A program made the translations under genes and the position numbers. A stretch of 64,000 bases of DNA from Thermoplasmatota archaeon (lineage in GTDB: Archaea; Thermoplasmatota; Poseidoniia; Poseidoniales; Thalassarchaeaceae): assembly GCA_030828405.1 (NCBI GenBank), contig JAURCP010000006.1, positions 12,015 through 76,014 on the forward strand. Reading direction: 5' to 3'. Positions 45,952 through 56,610 of this stretch are shown here, in pieces (within the stretch, counting starts at the first letter, position 1; each line of letters opens with the position of its first letter). A model generated the notes under the pieces. It saw only the letters and a program-made list of their open reading frames with translations. It did no database searches and was not told the origin of the DNA.

Positions 45952-46995
45952 TTATGATATTCGAACCGTAGGACTGCTTGGAAGTTCCAATGTTTCAACC
46001 ACTTTTTCAACGATTTTATCAAAGGCCTCCGCAGTTGCACCATCAGGTTCTGCTAATATGCGATGAACTCCGTCATCTCCACCTCTGACTATACCTGGAT
46101 CGAAAGGAAGAGAACCGAGGAATGGAACAGAAAGATTTTCTGCAGCATCTGAGCCTCCTCCACTCTTGAATACATCTAGTGTAATTGACCAGTTTCCTTC
46201 GGAATCAGAAACTGTTTCAATCATATTACCACTTGGCCCCTTTATTGATACCTTAGTGTCTGAATCGGTAATACCATTAATTGTGTATCCACTCATATTC
46301 TCTACAACTCCGATTACAGGAATAGAAATAGTTTTAGCGAAATTGATTGATTTTCTACTATCTAATAATGCAACTTCTTGTGGCGTCGTTACGATGACCA
46401 CTCCGTCAATTGTTGGTAAACTTTGTGAAACAGTCAGTGGCTCATCGCTAGTCCCTGGAGGGAAATCGATTATCAAAGCATCAAGTTCACCCCACTCTAC
46501 GTCGCCAATAAATTGATTTATCGCACCTAATTTTATAGGGCCCCGCCAAATAACAGGTTTATCAGGATCTTCAATTAAAAATGCCATAGAAATTACCTTA
46601 ATTCCGTGGGAACCGATGGCCGGATGAATACGGCCATTCTCAACATGTAAATCTGAACCTTCTAAACCTAACATCTTTGGAACATTAGGGCCAGTAATAT
46701 CAATGTCCATTATTCCGACTTTCTTACCCATACGAGCTAGAGAAAGTGCCAATCCAGTAGCCACTGTTGATTTACCAACACCTCCTTTACCGGACAATAC
46801 CATAATCTTGTGTTTAATATCCTGATCTATTTTATTGATACGTAACTTCCTTTGCATCTGTTGGTAAGCTTGTTCCATCTGAGCTTTCTGTTCAGTTGAT
46901 GCTTCGGGTTTTTCTGTTTTCTGTTCTGATTTGCCATGATGATGACTAATCGGAGGTTCTGACATAATTAATGCGCAGGCTAAACAATACTTCAA
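45952..46995 (-). CDS. Mrp/NBP35/ApbC family Fe-S cluster carrier ATPase
   Basis: GKGGVGKSTVATGLALSLARMG deviant Walker A. Confidence 0.85.
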   Translation of the reverse strand: MKYCLACALIMSEPPISHHHGKSEQKTEKPEASTEQKAQMEQAYQQMQRKLRINKIDQDIKHKIMVLSGKGGVGKSTVATGLALSLARMGKKVGIMDIDITGPNVPKMLGLEGSDLHVENGRIHPAIGSHGIKVISMAFLIEDPDKPVIWRGPIKLGAINQFIGDVEWGELDALIIDFPPGTSDEPLTVSQSLPTIDGVVIVTTPQEVALLDSRKSINFAKTISIPVIGVVENMSGYTINGITDSDTKVSIKGPSGNMIETVSDSEGNWSITLDVFKSGGGSDAAENLSVPFLGSLPFDPGIVRGGDDGVHRILAEPDGATAEAFDKIVEKVVETLELPSSPTVRIS

Positions 46996-47076
46996 CCCTA
47001 GTGAAGATTAATTTTACATTTAATATCAAGATACTATAGAGGTATATTTGATTACAGATAATCTCTAGGATGTTAT

Positions 47077-47454
47077 ATGAATATATTATTTGTCTGTGTT
47101 GGAAATACTTGTAGAAGCCAAATGGCTGAAGCTTTGGCCAAAAATATGGGATTTAAAGCACAATCAGCAGGAACAAAACCCGGAGAGAAAATAGCAGAAA
47201 ATGCAGTAAAAGTAATCAATGAACTTGGAATTGAAATGAAAAATCAATTTCCTAAATCTATCGATACAATAGAAACTAAAGGCTATGATGAAATAATCAG
47301 TATGGGATGTGGAGTTGAATGCCCCAATCTTCCAATTTCATATGATTGGGGGTTAGATGACCCAGTAGGTCATGATATCAATTTTTACAGAAATACTAGA
47401 GAAAAAATTCAATCTCTACTAGAAAAATTGTCTCAAACTCAGACCGACGCTTAG
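47077..47454 (+). CDS. Low-molecular-weight phosphotyrosine phosphatase / ArsC-type arsenate reductase
   Basis: VCVGNTCRSQMAEAL P-loop (CX5R) motif. Confidence 0.75.
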   Translation: MNILFVCVGNTCRSQMAEALAKNMGFKAQSAGTKPGEKIAENAVKVINELGIEMKNQFPKSIDTIETKGYDEIISMGCGVECPNLPISYDWGLDDPVGHDINFYRNTREKIQSLLEKLSQTQTDA

Positions 47455-47483
47455 AAAAGTGACTCGGGTTTCCCAAAGTTCAC

Positions 47484-47558
47484 ACGAGTGTAGTGTAGTG
47501 GTTATCACCGGGCGTTGCCAACGCCTGAACCCGGGTTCAAATCCCGGCACTCGTACCA
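47484..47558 (+). tRNA. tRNA-Gly (anticodon GCC)
   Basis: Hand-folded cloverleaf: acceptor acgagtg/cactcgt, anticodon loop ttgccaa, T-arm ccggg-ttcaaat-cccgg, CCA encoded. Confidence 0.65.
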
Positions 47559-47561
47559 TGA

Positions 47562-50500
47562 CTAATCGAAATCAGAATTACGTAATACCATTAAAATACC
47601 AGCAAATGATAAGCATAATACAATTAGTAAACCAATTATGATCAACACTGGTCTATTGTCTAGTATCCAGTTATCTGAAATAGATTCGTCAGTTTTATCT
47701 AGTTTAATTATTAAACTTTGTTCAGCCGAATCTGTTGTAGAAAGGAAGATATCAGTCCCTCTCACAAAAATTTCTATCTCGCCATTAGGCAAACTTGATC
47801 GGGCAAAAATCTCTAAAGAATATACTCCATCATTGGCGTTTTTATCAACACCAAGTCCATCATCTTTCATTAAAATCCAGTTATTTGACTCACCTATGGG
47901 TGCTAATCTACCCATTTTTACTTGAACAGAAGATAAACCATCGGGATCAATCATTACAATTTCCAGTACTTGAGAAATTGGATCACCGGATTGAGGTACT
48001 GATACTGTATCAGTAATATCGTTCCCTCTAACAATTGAATAATTAACAAAAGCAGGAGCCTCATTCTCTATAATCAAAATAGAACTTATTTCCTCCCCAT
48101 TTACAAAAGAATTAGTTATCAATCTAGAAGAATCATTTCCATCTGTCAATCTAATGGGAACCAACCTTTCGCCAGGAGCGATACTCGATGGAACCTGGAA
48201 TTGGCCCACCCAACTTGAGTCTATCAATGAAAGAGGTACTGATTCGCCACCAGCACTGATTAATTCTAATGAAACAGAGTTTACTCCGTGGCCATCATTT
48301 GCTGAAATTGATACATCCACCATATCTCCTCTTTTCACGACATTAGGTACAAAACTAATAGATGTCATTACTGGAGCAGGATTAAGGATATTAATTTCTG
48401 AAGAAAATAACACATTTTCCCAATAATCAATAATTTCTATTTCAACAGTTTTATTGCCAAAATCAAGACCATTTGCGATTATTAGTGAAGTCCAAACATC
48501 ATCATGAATAACACTGTCTCCAAATAATCCTCTATCCGATAATTCAACCTTACCCAATCCGAATTCTGACATGTCTACAGATACGGAGATGATATCATTA
48601 TCTATATCTTCAACAAAGATTTCGAGATGAGATTGACCACCTTCGGCATATAAAAATCCCTCTCTAAACTGAATTTTTTCTATTGACGGGGGAGTATTTT
48701 CTTCAGCAACAATTATTGAAGGTGAACGAATTTTATCTAAAACTTGAGTCTCATGAAAGTTGACTTGGCTATCCAATAGAGGTAAATTTATTGAACGATT
48801 AACATGATGAAATAATCCGGCCAATAAGCCTTCATTAATTACACTACCAGATGCTTCTGTATTTTCTCCGTAATCCCCAATCCAGTCGATTACGACAACA
48901 TTATGCCCATCAATATTTACTTCCCTAGTTTCTTGAACTACAATAGATAAAACAAGTTCTAAATTTCTAGATAAGATTATTTCATCTCCTGAAATCAGAA
49001 TCTCAGGAATCACGCCTGTTTCTTTCGTAATAGGTGATGATTCAAATGAGCTGGCGGCTGGCCTTTCAGGTTCTATTTGTATTGGAGACTGTTCGGGAAA
49101 ATAATCTGATTTCGAACCATTATCTTCAATATATTCATATCTAATCACAGGGTTTTCCCAGTAAGATTGAGGTACTATATATTCATATGTCAAATTATGT
49201 TCAGCATTTATTTCTTCGTCAACAATCATGAAAACTGAAGAAACATTCAGCCAATTTTCATTTCTAATTTTATTAACCTCAAAGTCATTACCAGTATAAT
49301 TCTTCTGAATAACCTTATCGTCGATAAATCGAATTATTCCAAATGAACCAGAAACATCTCCATCATATGTTCCATCTACTCTTAATGTGTCATGAAGAAT
49401 AAATCCATTTCTATCTTCGAAATGTAATTTTTCGATGGTCCCGTTAGTATAGATATATGGTGCTTCTTCAGAAATAAGGGCATTAAATTCTGCATTACCG
49501 ATATACTTCAAAAGGTGCTCTTCTTGAACTCCATTTATCCACAAATCTTTGTATCTGAACTCTTCTAACTCAAGATCAATGTTTCCGTCTGCAAATTCAA
49601 TAAAACTTGTAGCATCAGCTTCTAAATTTATATTTTGGTATTCGCGAATGCCATCTGAATCAAATGACTCGAAAAAGAATGATGAAATATCACCTGTTAT
49701 GAACATGGAATCATTGTCAGAATTTTCTAACAATTGTAATATGCCATATCCATCAATTAGCAAATGTTCAGTGTAGCTATCTTGTGATAATGTACGATTA
49801 TACATTGCTTCCGTTACATTAACTGAAATATCCAATCCGTCCTGAAAAGTGGATAAGTTTCCTTTGCCACTCATTTCAAACTCCTGCCCAACTAATTCTT
49901 CATCGTAATATGTCTGATTAAGCCAAACCTTATCTAAATCTAGTTCAATATCCATATTTTCAAAATTGGAAAGTTCAAAACTTCCAAATCCTAATTCGTT
50001 TGATACGAGGTTGGGGCCTATTCTTTGCTGCCACCCTCTGCCTTCAAAGAATAATTTAGAACTGGTTTCGGATGTACCCAATATATTGTTTTGCCATGTT
50101 CTATTACTAGTTATTTCATGGTCTGCTATTGGCTGATTCCAATTTGTTACTCTGATAAATCTACTACAAGATGCTTCTAAAGTCTCAACTGAAATCTCAA
50201 TTTCATCTTTGAAGATAGGCTCTTCTGGAAGAATAATATCAATTTCTCCACCTGCCACAACTATATTCGAATTAAATTCATCACCGATTGTTTGATTATC
50301 ACGTAGATGGTTTATCGATGTTTCAACTAGATGAGGAGTAGATCCATTTCCAAATGAAGGATAGAAGGTTACTACATATCGATGTGTTATAATAGAATCA
50401 TAGGTTGAAAAATTACTATCAATGTCTACACTTTCAACATATGTTACTCCCCAATCTGTAAGAATCTCGCATTCAATAGATTCATTTTCTTCTGCTGAAA

Positions 50501-50567
50501 CTAATGATGTAAAACTACTAAAAAATATGATTAAAAAAATCATAAAAGATTTTTGTACTCTGTACAT
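47562..50567 (-). CDS. Large (1001 aa) secreted cell-surface protein with C-terminal TM anchor (S-layer/surface protein candidate)
   Basis: N-terminal signal peptide, a long Asn/Ser/Thr-rich beta-type sequence, and a C-terminal hydrophobic anchor plus a short charged tail. Confidence 0.55.
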   Translation of the reverse strand: MYRVQKSFMIFLIIFFSSFTSLVSAEENESIECEILTDWGVTYVESVDIDSNFSTYDSIITHRYVVTFYPSFGNGSTPHLVETSINHLRDNQTIGDEFNSNIVVAGGEIDIILPEEPIFKDEIEISVETLEASCSRFIRVTNWNQPIADHEITSNRTWQNNILGTSETSSKLFFEGRGWQQRIGPNLVSNELGFGSFELSNFENMDIELDLDKVWLNQTYYDEELVGQEFEMSGKGNLSTFQDGLDISVNVTEAMYNRTLSQDSYTEHLLIDGYGILQLLENSDNDSMFITGDISSFFFESFDSDGIREYQNINLEADATSFIEFADGNIDLELEEFRYKDLWINGVQEEHLLKYIGNAEFNALISEEAPYIYTNGTIEKLHFEDRNGFILHDTLRVDGTYDGDVSGSFGIIRFIDDKVIQKNYTGNDFEVNKIRNENWLNVSSVFMIVDEEINAEHNLTYEYIVPQSYWENPVIRYEYIEDNGSKSDYFPEQSPIQIEPERPAASSFESSPITKETGVIPEILISGDEIILSRNLELVLSIVVQETREVNIDGHNVVVIDWIGDYGENTEASGSVINEGLLAGLFHHVNRSINLPLLDSQVNFHETQVLDKIRSPSIIVAEENTPPSIEKIQFREGFLYAEGGQSHLEIFVEDIDNDIISVSVDMSEFGLGKVELSDRGLFGDSVIHDDVWTSLIIANGLDFGNKTVEIEIIDYWENVLFSSEINILNPAPVMTSISFVPNVVKRGDMVDVSISANDGHGVNSVSLELISAGGESVPLSLIDSSWVGQFQVPSSIAPGERLVPIRLTDGNDSSRLITNSFVNGEEISSILIIENEAPAFVNYSIVRGNDITDTVSVPQSGDPISQVLEIVMIDPDGLSSVQVKMGRLAPIGESNNWILMKDDGLGVDKNANDGVYSLEIFARSSLPNGEIEIFVRGTDIFLSTTDSAEQSLIIKLDKTDESISDNWILDNRPVLIIIGLLIVLCLSFAGILMVLRNSDFD

Positions 50568-50638
50568 AATAAACTCTAGAGGAAATCATATTTCAAACTT
50601 TGTGGTAAATGGTTATTACAAAATATCTAATCAAGAGT

Positions 50639-51055
50639 TTAGAATAATGGTTCTTCCCAATCATCTTCCTCACCAGACCTCTCTTTCCAAAGGTTAGCCG
50701 GCATATCATCATATATTCCAGCATAAGGATCTTCATCTACGACTTTTTTAGCCCGCATCTCCATTGCAGCAAGTGCAAATGCCTCCGCTGTAGATTTAAA
50801 TTTCCAATAATGTATTCTCCATTCTCTCCCATCCCATAAAGTGGTCTCTTCAGATTCAGTAGTCAACAAATCATAGTCTTGTAATTGATAAAAAAGATTA
50901 CGATCATTAGGCTCTAATGCATTATCAATAATTCGATTTGAAAAACCAAAAAAACCGAGTGCATGTTCTGCAATACCTTCTGCTACAACAGTTTCCATAT
51001 CTTCGTCAACTTTACGACGAATGGCTTGAGTTAATTGTGCAATTGTCAAACCCAT
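50639..51055 (-). CDS. Hypothetical acidic protein (138 aa)
   Basis: Intact ORF, divergent from the agmatinase-like gene. Confidence 0.4.
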   Translation of the reverse strand: MGLTIAQLTQAIRRKVDEDMETVVAEGIAEHALGFFGFSNRIIDNALEPNDRNLFYQLQDYDLLTTESEETTLWDGREWRIHYWKFKSTAEAFALAAMEMRAKKVVDEDPYAGIYDDMPANLWKERSGEEDDWEEPLF

Positions 51056-51175
51056 ATATCCGACTCCAATATTTATGTCATGGATGGGTGTGACTTATCA
51101 ACCATACTTTATAATGATTTCAAATTTAATTTCAATCCCGAAGCCATTAATCGAGAGACACTAGTCGTAATCATC

Positions 51176-52105
51176 ATGGTAGAGCCAAGCAAGAGGACCT
51201 TCTTAGGCTTAGAAGAGGATGAAAATGGCCCTCATGATATCGTAATATTGCCAATTCCTTACGAAATGACAACAAGTTACAGAGAAGGAACTGAATTTGG
51301 ACCGGAAGCATGTATTGATGCAAGTTTACAGATAGAATTGTATGATGAATTATTAGATCAAGACTTGCCTTGTGGCTACAAAATTTTTACCTCAGAGCCT
51401 TGGAATAATGAGGTTAATAGTCTTGCAGAAGCTCTAGAAAGTATTGAAAAATTTTCTTTGAAATGGGTTAATGGAGAGCAATTTCCTATTTTTTTAGGAG
51501 GAGAACATGGGATGTTGTTACCAATAATCAGGTCTCTGAGAAAACATCCAGAAATTAAGGGTGAACTTGAACAATTAACAATCTTACAAATAGACGCTCA
51601 TGCGGATTTAAGAGATGAATTAAATGGAGAAAAATATTCTCATGGAACTGTGATTAGAAGAGCTTTGGATGAAGGAGTCGGTGAAATAATTCAGGTAGGA
51701 ATTAGGGCTTACTGTTCGGAAGAAAAAAAAATAATTGAAACTGATGAAAGAGTAAAAACCTGGTTTGCTAGAGATTTAATTCGAATGAATTCCAAGAAAT
51801 CAAATTGGAACGAATTGATAAATCAAATTAAGAATTTATCCGGCCCAGTATGGCTCAGTTTTGATATAGATGGATTAGATGGTTTTCTAGTTCCTGCAAC
51901 CGGAACGCCAGTGCCGGGAGGGTTGTCTTTTTGGGGAGCAAATGAAATAATAATGGAGTTATTTAGTGCTAGTAACGCAAAAGTAATCGGTGCAGATATA
52001 AATGAAATTTCTACATCTCCAAATACAAATTTGACTGAATTCTCTGCGGCATTAATAACTACGAAAATTGTTGTTGGCCATATTATCAGTCAAAAAAGAG
52101 ATTAA
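51176..52105 (+). CDS. speB: Arginase/agmatinase family ureohydrolase (agmatinase-like); start trimmed to MVEPSK
   Basis: GGEHGM, DAHADLRDE and SFDIDGLD manganese-ligand motifs. Confidence 0.75.
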   Translation: MVEPSKRTFLGLEEDENGPHDIVILPIPYEMTTSYREGTEFGPEACIDASLQIELYDELLDQDLPCGYKIFTSEPWNNEVNSLAEALESIEKFSLKWVNGEQFPIFLGGEHGMLLPIIRSLRKHPEIKGELEQLTILQIDAHADLRDELNGEKYSHGTVIRRALDEGVGEIIQVGIRAYCSEEKKIIETDERVKTWFARDLIRMNSKKSNWNELINQIKNLSGPVWLSFDIDGLDGFLVPATGTPVPGGLSFWGANEIIMELFSASNAKVIGADINEISTSPNTNLTEFSAALITTKIVVGHIISQKRD

Positions 52106-52214
52106 TAGTAAACTCTTTATTTAATCAAAAAAAAACTTAAATTAATTTCAAACCAAACTAGAATTGAAACTTTAGGAAACAATTCTTTGTATAATTGGAT
52201 GTAATCACAAAGTC

Positions 52215-53726
52215 ATGATTACGACAGTGAGTGAATTCTTAGGTACTGGGGATATAATGATAATACCACTTTTTCAAAATATCCTAAAGGCACCTAATAA
52301 TACAACAATAGGTTTGAGCAGAAGTGCAAGTATTACGGTGAGATCTGCTATTTCTAGCGATAGTTTTGAAGGGAAAGAGGGAGAAATAATATCAATATGG
52401 ACAAAAGAATGTCAAATAATACTCTTAGGAATGGGATGTAATGATAAACTAAATACTAAGAAATCAAGAGATATTGGTGCGAAATGTTTCAGTAATCTAC
52501 CAGATAATTTAGGAAGAGAAATTGTTGTTAGGTTTACTACAGGATGGAATACTGAAAATATGGCATCTTTTGCTGAAGGAATAATCCTAAGGAATTATAA
52601 ATTTGATAAATATCAAGAAAAAATTGACGATGAGAAGCAAGATAAAGAATGGTCAATGGTTTGCCAGACTACAAAAAGAAATAGAGAAAATCTAGATTTA
52701 GAAATCGAGAGACTTTCTGCAATAGCTACGGGTGTACATCTCGCTAGAGATTTGGGGAACGAACCGGCGAACCGACTTTATCCAGAAGAATTTGGTAGGA
52801 GAGCGAAGAATTGGGCCAAAGGAAAGAAGAATGTTGAAGTTGAAGTTTGGAACTTCTCTAAACTCAAAGAAGAAGGAATGCATGGACTTATCGAGGTTGG
52901 GAAGGGAAGTATACACAAACCATGTATGGTATTCTTTCGGCTAAATCCAAATTTAGATACTGAGAAGCAAGTCCCTTGTATAGTAGGTAAAGGTATTACT
53001 TTCGATTCGGGAGGAATTTCAATCAAAGGAAGTGCAGGTATGGATGAAATGAAATTAGATATGCATGGTTCTGCTACAGTTTTTGGACTTTTTCAAGCTC
53101 TTTATGCTACAGGTTATCAAGGTCGAGTTAATGGTATAACATGTATGGCTGAAAATATGCCTAGCGCTGAAGCATATAGGCCCGGAGATGTGATAGAAAC
53201 ATATTCTGGAAAAACAATCGAAGTTCTAAACACAGATGCAGAAGGACGGAATGTACTGGCAGATGGCCTATGGAAGGCCAGTGAATTGAATCCTTCTTAC
53301 ATCATTGATTTGGCCACACTGACTGGTTCCATTGTAGTTGCTCTGGGTCATGAAGCAACTGGATTATTTGCAAATAATGATGTGTTATCTGAAAGAATAA
53401 AGATGGTTGGAGATGAAGTAGATGAAATTTGCTGGCCAATGCCGCTGTTACCTGCATTTGAAAAACAAATGACTTCTTCAAAAATTGCCGATGTAAGAAA
53501 TCAAGGAAAAGGAAGATGGGGAGGAGCTATTCAAGCTGCAGGGTTTCTAAAACAGTTCGTTCAAGAAAGAAAAGATAAAAATGGAGAGAAAACTCAGATT
53601 CCATGGGCACATTTAGATATAGCAGGAACAGCAGGAATTTGGGGGGGAGAGTCAAATTCTACAGTTGGTCATGGAGCCACAGGAATCCTAGTCCGTACTC
53701 TACATCTGTTGATCACTAAGGAGTAG
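52215..53726 (+). CDS. pepA: Leucyl aminopeptidase (M17 family)
   Basis: NTDAEGRNVLADG motif and C-terminal catalytic-domain blocks. Confidence 0.8.
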   Translation: MITTVSEFLGTGDIMIIPLFQNILKAPNNTTIGLSRSASITVRSAISSDSFEGKEGEIISIWTKECQIILLGMGCNDKLNTKKSRDIGAKCFSNLPDNLGREIVVRFTTGWNTENMASFAEGIILRNYKFDKYQEKIDDEKQDKEWSMVCQTTKRNRENLDLEIERLSAIATGVHLARDLGNEPANRLYPEEFGRRAKNWAKGKKNVEVEVWNFSKLKEEGMHGLIEVGKGSIHKPCMVFFRLNPNLDTEKQVPCIVGKGITFDSGGISIKGSAGMDEMKLDMHGSATVFGLFQALYATGYQGRVNGITCMAENMPSAEAYRPGDVIETYSGKTIEVLNTDAEGRNVLADGLWKASELNPSYIIDLATLTGSIVVALGHEATGLFANNDVLSERIKMVGDEVDEICWPMPLLPAFEKQMTSSKIADVRNQGKGRWGGAIQAAGFLKQFVQERKDKNGEKTQIPWAHLDIAGTAGIWGGESNSTVGHGATGILVRTLHLLITKE

Positions 53727-53730
53727 AAGA

Positions 53731-53952
53731 TTACTCCTGAGGCGATATTAAAAATATGGCAACATAGACAAATGCTAAAGTTCCACCAGTTAGTAATGTA
53801 AGTAAAGAGAATATTACTCTAGACGCTGTAGAAGTTATCCTCAATTTTCTTGCAAGACCGGAACATACACCTAGAATTATCCGATCATTACGAGGCCTGA
53901 AAAAGGGTTTAGCACCAAATTTAACCTTCTTAAGTGCATACTCTTGATCCAT
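53731..53952 (-). CDS. PspC-domain small membrane protein
   Basis: DRIILGVCSGLARKL followed by a TM helix. Confidence 0.6.
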   Translation of the reverse strand: MDQEYALKKVKFGAKPFFRPRNDRIILGVCSGLARKLRITSTASRVIFSLLTLLTGGTLAFVYVAIFLISPQE

Positions 53953-53956
53953 TCAA

Positions 53957-55861
53957 TCACTCATCGGTATCTTCATCATCGGAATCCAGTACTTCAAAAT
54001 CCGCCTCAACTACATCTCCATCATCATCTGATTCATTTTCTTCTTCAGATACTTCTGCAGATGCTGCTTCATATAATTTAGATGATAAACTGTGCATTAA
54101 TTCTTCCAACTCTTGTATTCTTGATTGAATACTCGTTTCATCAAGTTCTTCATCTGAAACCGGTTTTTCATCATTTATGATTAAAGATTCCAATTCTTTC
54201 AATTTTTCTAGCACTGGATTAACAACTTCATCCGACAATTTCTCTTTTGTCTCATCAATTGTTCTTCGAGTTTGATAAACTATACTGTCGGCAGTATTTC
54301 TTAGTTCCACTCTCACTTTCTTACGCTTATCTTCTTCAGCAAATTCTTCTGCATCACTTATTTTTTGCTTAATTTCTTCTTCCGATAATGAAGTCTGACT
54401 CTCTATTTTTATTGATTGTTCAGTACCTGTACCAAGATCTTTAGCTGAAACATTAACAATACCATTAGCATCAATATCGAAAGTTACCTCTATTTGAGGG
54501 ACTCCTCGAGGTGCTGGTGGTATACCCATTAAGTGGAATCTGCCAAGAGTTATGTTATCTTTTGCAAATTCTCTTTCTCCTTGTAATACATGCACTTCTA
54601 CTGCTGGCTGGCTATCCGCTGCAGTAGAGAAAGTCTCTGAACGCCTAGACGGGATTGTTGTATTTCTTTCAATCATTGTAGTCATAATTCCACCCAATGT
54701 TTCTATCCCTAAAGTTAGAGGAGTTACATCTAGAAGGAGGACATCAGTCACTCCCTCATCACCAACAATAATTCCTGCTTGTAGTGCCGCACCTAATGCA
54801 ACTGCTTCATCAGGATTAATACCTTTGAATGGAGATTTACCAACTTCTGATTCGATAGCTTCTTGGACAGCAGGAACTCGGGTAGAACCACCAACAAGAA
54901 TTACCTTGTCTACATCACCTTTACCAATTCCAGCATCCTTCATCGCTCTTCTTGTTGGAGACATTGTGCGCTCAACTAAGTCTGAAATTAAATCTTCGAA
55001 CTTTGCTCGAGAAAGTGAAAGGTCTAGATGTTCGGGTTGACCATCTTTCATTGTTATAAATGGTAAGTTTATCTGAGACATGGAAGTACCAGATAACTCA
55101 ATTTTAGCCTTTTCTGCAGCCTCTCGTAGACGACTCATTGCCTGCATATCTTTTGTCAAATCGATTCCGGAAGATTTCATGTATTCACTTGTAATCCATT
55201 CAACTATTACATGGTCAAAATCGTCACCACCAAGTCTATTATCTCCACTTGTAGCCTTAACTTCTATTTGTGGTTGGCCATCGACCTGATAGATTTCTAA
55301 AACTGATACATCAAAAGTACCTCCACCTAAATCGTATACCAGGATAGTCTGATCTTCGTCCTTATCTACCCCATAGGCTAGAGCCGCAGCAGTAGGTTCA
55401 TTGATTATTCTAAGTACTTCTAATCCAGCAATTCTACCAGCATCTTGTGTGGCTTTTCTTTGAGCATCAGTGAAATAGGCAGGGCAGGTTATCACTGCCT
55501 GAGTAACTTCACGCCCTAGATATGATTCTGCATCAGCCTTTAACTTCTGTAAAATAAAGGCCGATACTTCTTGAGGAGTGTATTCATTATCATCAATGTT
55601 CTGAACCCAATCAGTACCCATTTCTCTTTTCACTGAAAGAATTGTTCGTTGTGAATTTGTCACAGCCTGTCTTTTTGCAGTGACGCCTACCAACCTTTCG
55701 CCATCCTTACTAAAAGCAACAACAGAAGGAGTCGTTCGAGACCCTTCTGAATTAGCTATTACCACTGCTTGTCCCCCCTCAAGAGTTGCCACACAGCTAT
55801 TTGTCGTTCCAAGATCTATTCCAATTACAGGTCCACTCATTTTATTCACTTCCAATTTCAA
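53957..55861 (-). CDS. dnaK: Chaperone DnaK (Hsp70)
   Basis: [13 protein letters not shown] and DLGGGTFD, with a full-length Hsp70 including an acidic C-terminal tail. Confidence 0.95.
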   Translation of the reverse strand: MKLEVNKMSGPVIGIDLGTTNSCVATLEGGQAVVIANSEGSRTTPSVVAFSKDGERLVGVTAKRQAVTNSQRTILSVKREMGTDWVQNIDDNEYTPQEVSAFILQKLKADAESYLGREVTQAVITCPAYFTDAQRKATQDAGRIAGLEVLRIINEPTAAALAYGVDKDEDQTILVYDLGGGTFDVSVLEIYQVDGQPQIEVKATSGDNRLGGDDFDHVIVEWITSEYMKSSGIDLTKDMQAMSRLREAAEKAKIELSGTSMSQINLPFITMKDGQPEHLDLSLSRAKFEDLISDLVERTMSPTRRAMKDAGIGKGDVDKVILVGGSTRVPAVQEAIESEVGKSPFKGINPDEAVALGAALQAGIIVGDEGVTDVLLLDVTPLTLGIETLGGIMTTMIERNTTIPSRRSETFSTAADSQPAVEVHVLQGEREFAKDNITLGRFHLMGIPPAPRGVPQIEVTFDIDANGIVNVSAKDLGTGTEQSIKIESQTSLSEEEIKQKISDAEEFAEEDKRKKVRVELRNTADSIVYQTRRTIDETKEKLSDEVVNPVLEKLKELESLIINDEKPVSDEELDETSIQSRIQELEELMHSLSSKLYEAASAEVSEEENESDDDGDVVEADFEVLDSDDEDTDE

Positions 55862-56469
55862 ATATTATTTTTAATATCGAATGTAACATCTAGTATGCCA
55901 TTGTTTAGGCTCCAATCAACAATCTGACTTACAGAATTTGGTAAATCAAATTTCTTAAAAGGTCTTAATTGAGTCGTTTTCATCAGCTGAAAAGATTTTC
56001 CTGAATCAATCAAGTTAATCTCCAATTCAGACTCAACAATATCTAATTCGTGGGAAAGATCTACAGTTGCATAAATTCTGTCTTCATGAGAATAAATATC
56101 AACTTGAAGTTCTTGTTCTTCATCTTCTTTTAGATTTAACTCCGCATCAACTATTGGAGTAGGGTTATTTACTTGAACGTTAACTCCCATATTTCTGAAT
56201 AAGTCGGAAAAACCGTTCGAGCCATTCAACATCGATTCCATAGTTTTTCTAAATTCGTCTGAATCTCCATTGATATCAATTTTCATGTCCTGATTTGATA
56301 GTTTCTCTGGATCTATTCCCATTTTCTTGAATTGATCGCGGACCTGAGAAAGCATGTTTCTAAGTATCTCAATATCCATTGGCATACCCATGTCAGAGAA
56401 CATTTTTGCCATTTCTTTGAGCATTTGCTCTTCCCAATCATCTCTACTATTTTCGTCCATAATTGCCAC
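55858..56469 (-). CDS. Hsp20/alpha-crystallin-domain protein with Met-rich N-terminal extension (occupies the position where grpE is expected)
   Basis: C-terminal [16 protein letters not shown]...[10 protein letters not shown] matches the sHSP core pattern. ATGA overlap with dnaK. Confidence 0.45.
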   Translation of the reverse strand: MAIMDENSRDDWEEQMLKEMAKMFSDMGMPMDIEILRNMLSQVRDQFKKMGIDPEKLSNQDMKIDINGDSDEFRKTMESMLNGSNGFSDLFRNMGVNVQVNNPTPIVDAELNLKEDEEQELQVDIYSHEDRIYATVDLSHELDIVESELEINLIDSGKSFQLMKTTQLRPFKKFDLPNSVSQIVDWSLNNGILDVTFDIKNNI

Positions 56470-56610
56470 TACTTAACTTGAGGTTGTATAGTGGGAAGGC
56501 GCTACCCTTTATCAACCTCTCGATTTAAATTCTTAATTAAGAAAGATTCAATCGGAAATGTTAGAGCCACAGGAGCGGTTTCAAATCTGTTAAGTTAGTC
56601 GCGAGGGTAT

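Noticed and set aside
55858-56469. Calling the gene upstream of dnaK grpE by position
   Set aside because: The sequence lacks GrpE-like C-terminal beta-domain motifs. It instead matches the sHSP alpha-crystallin core, so it is annotated as Hsp20-like with a caveat.
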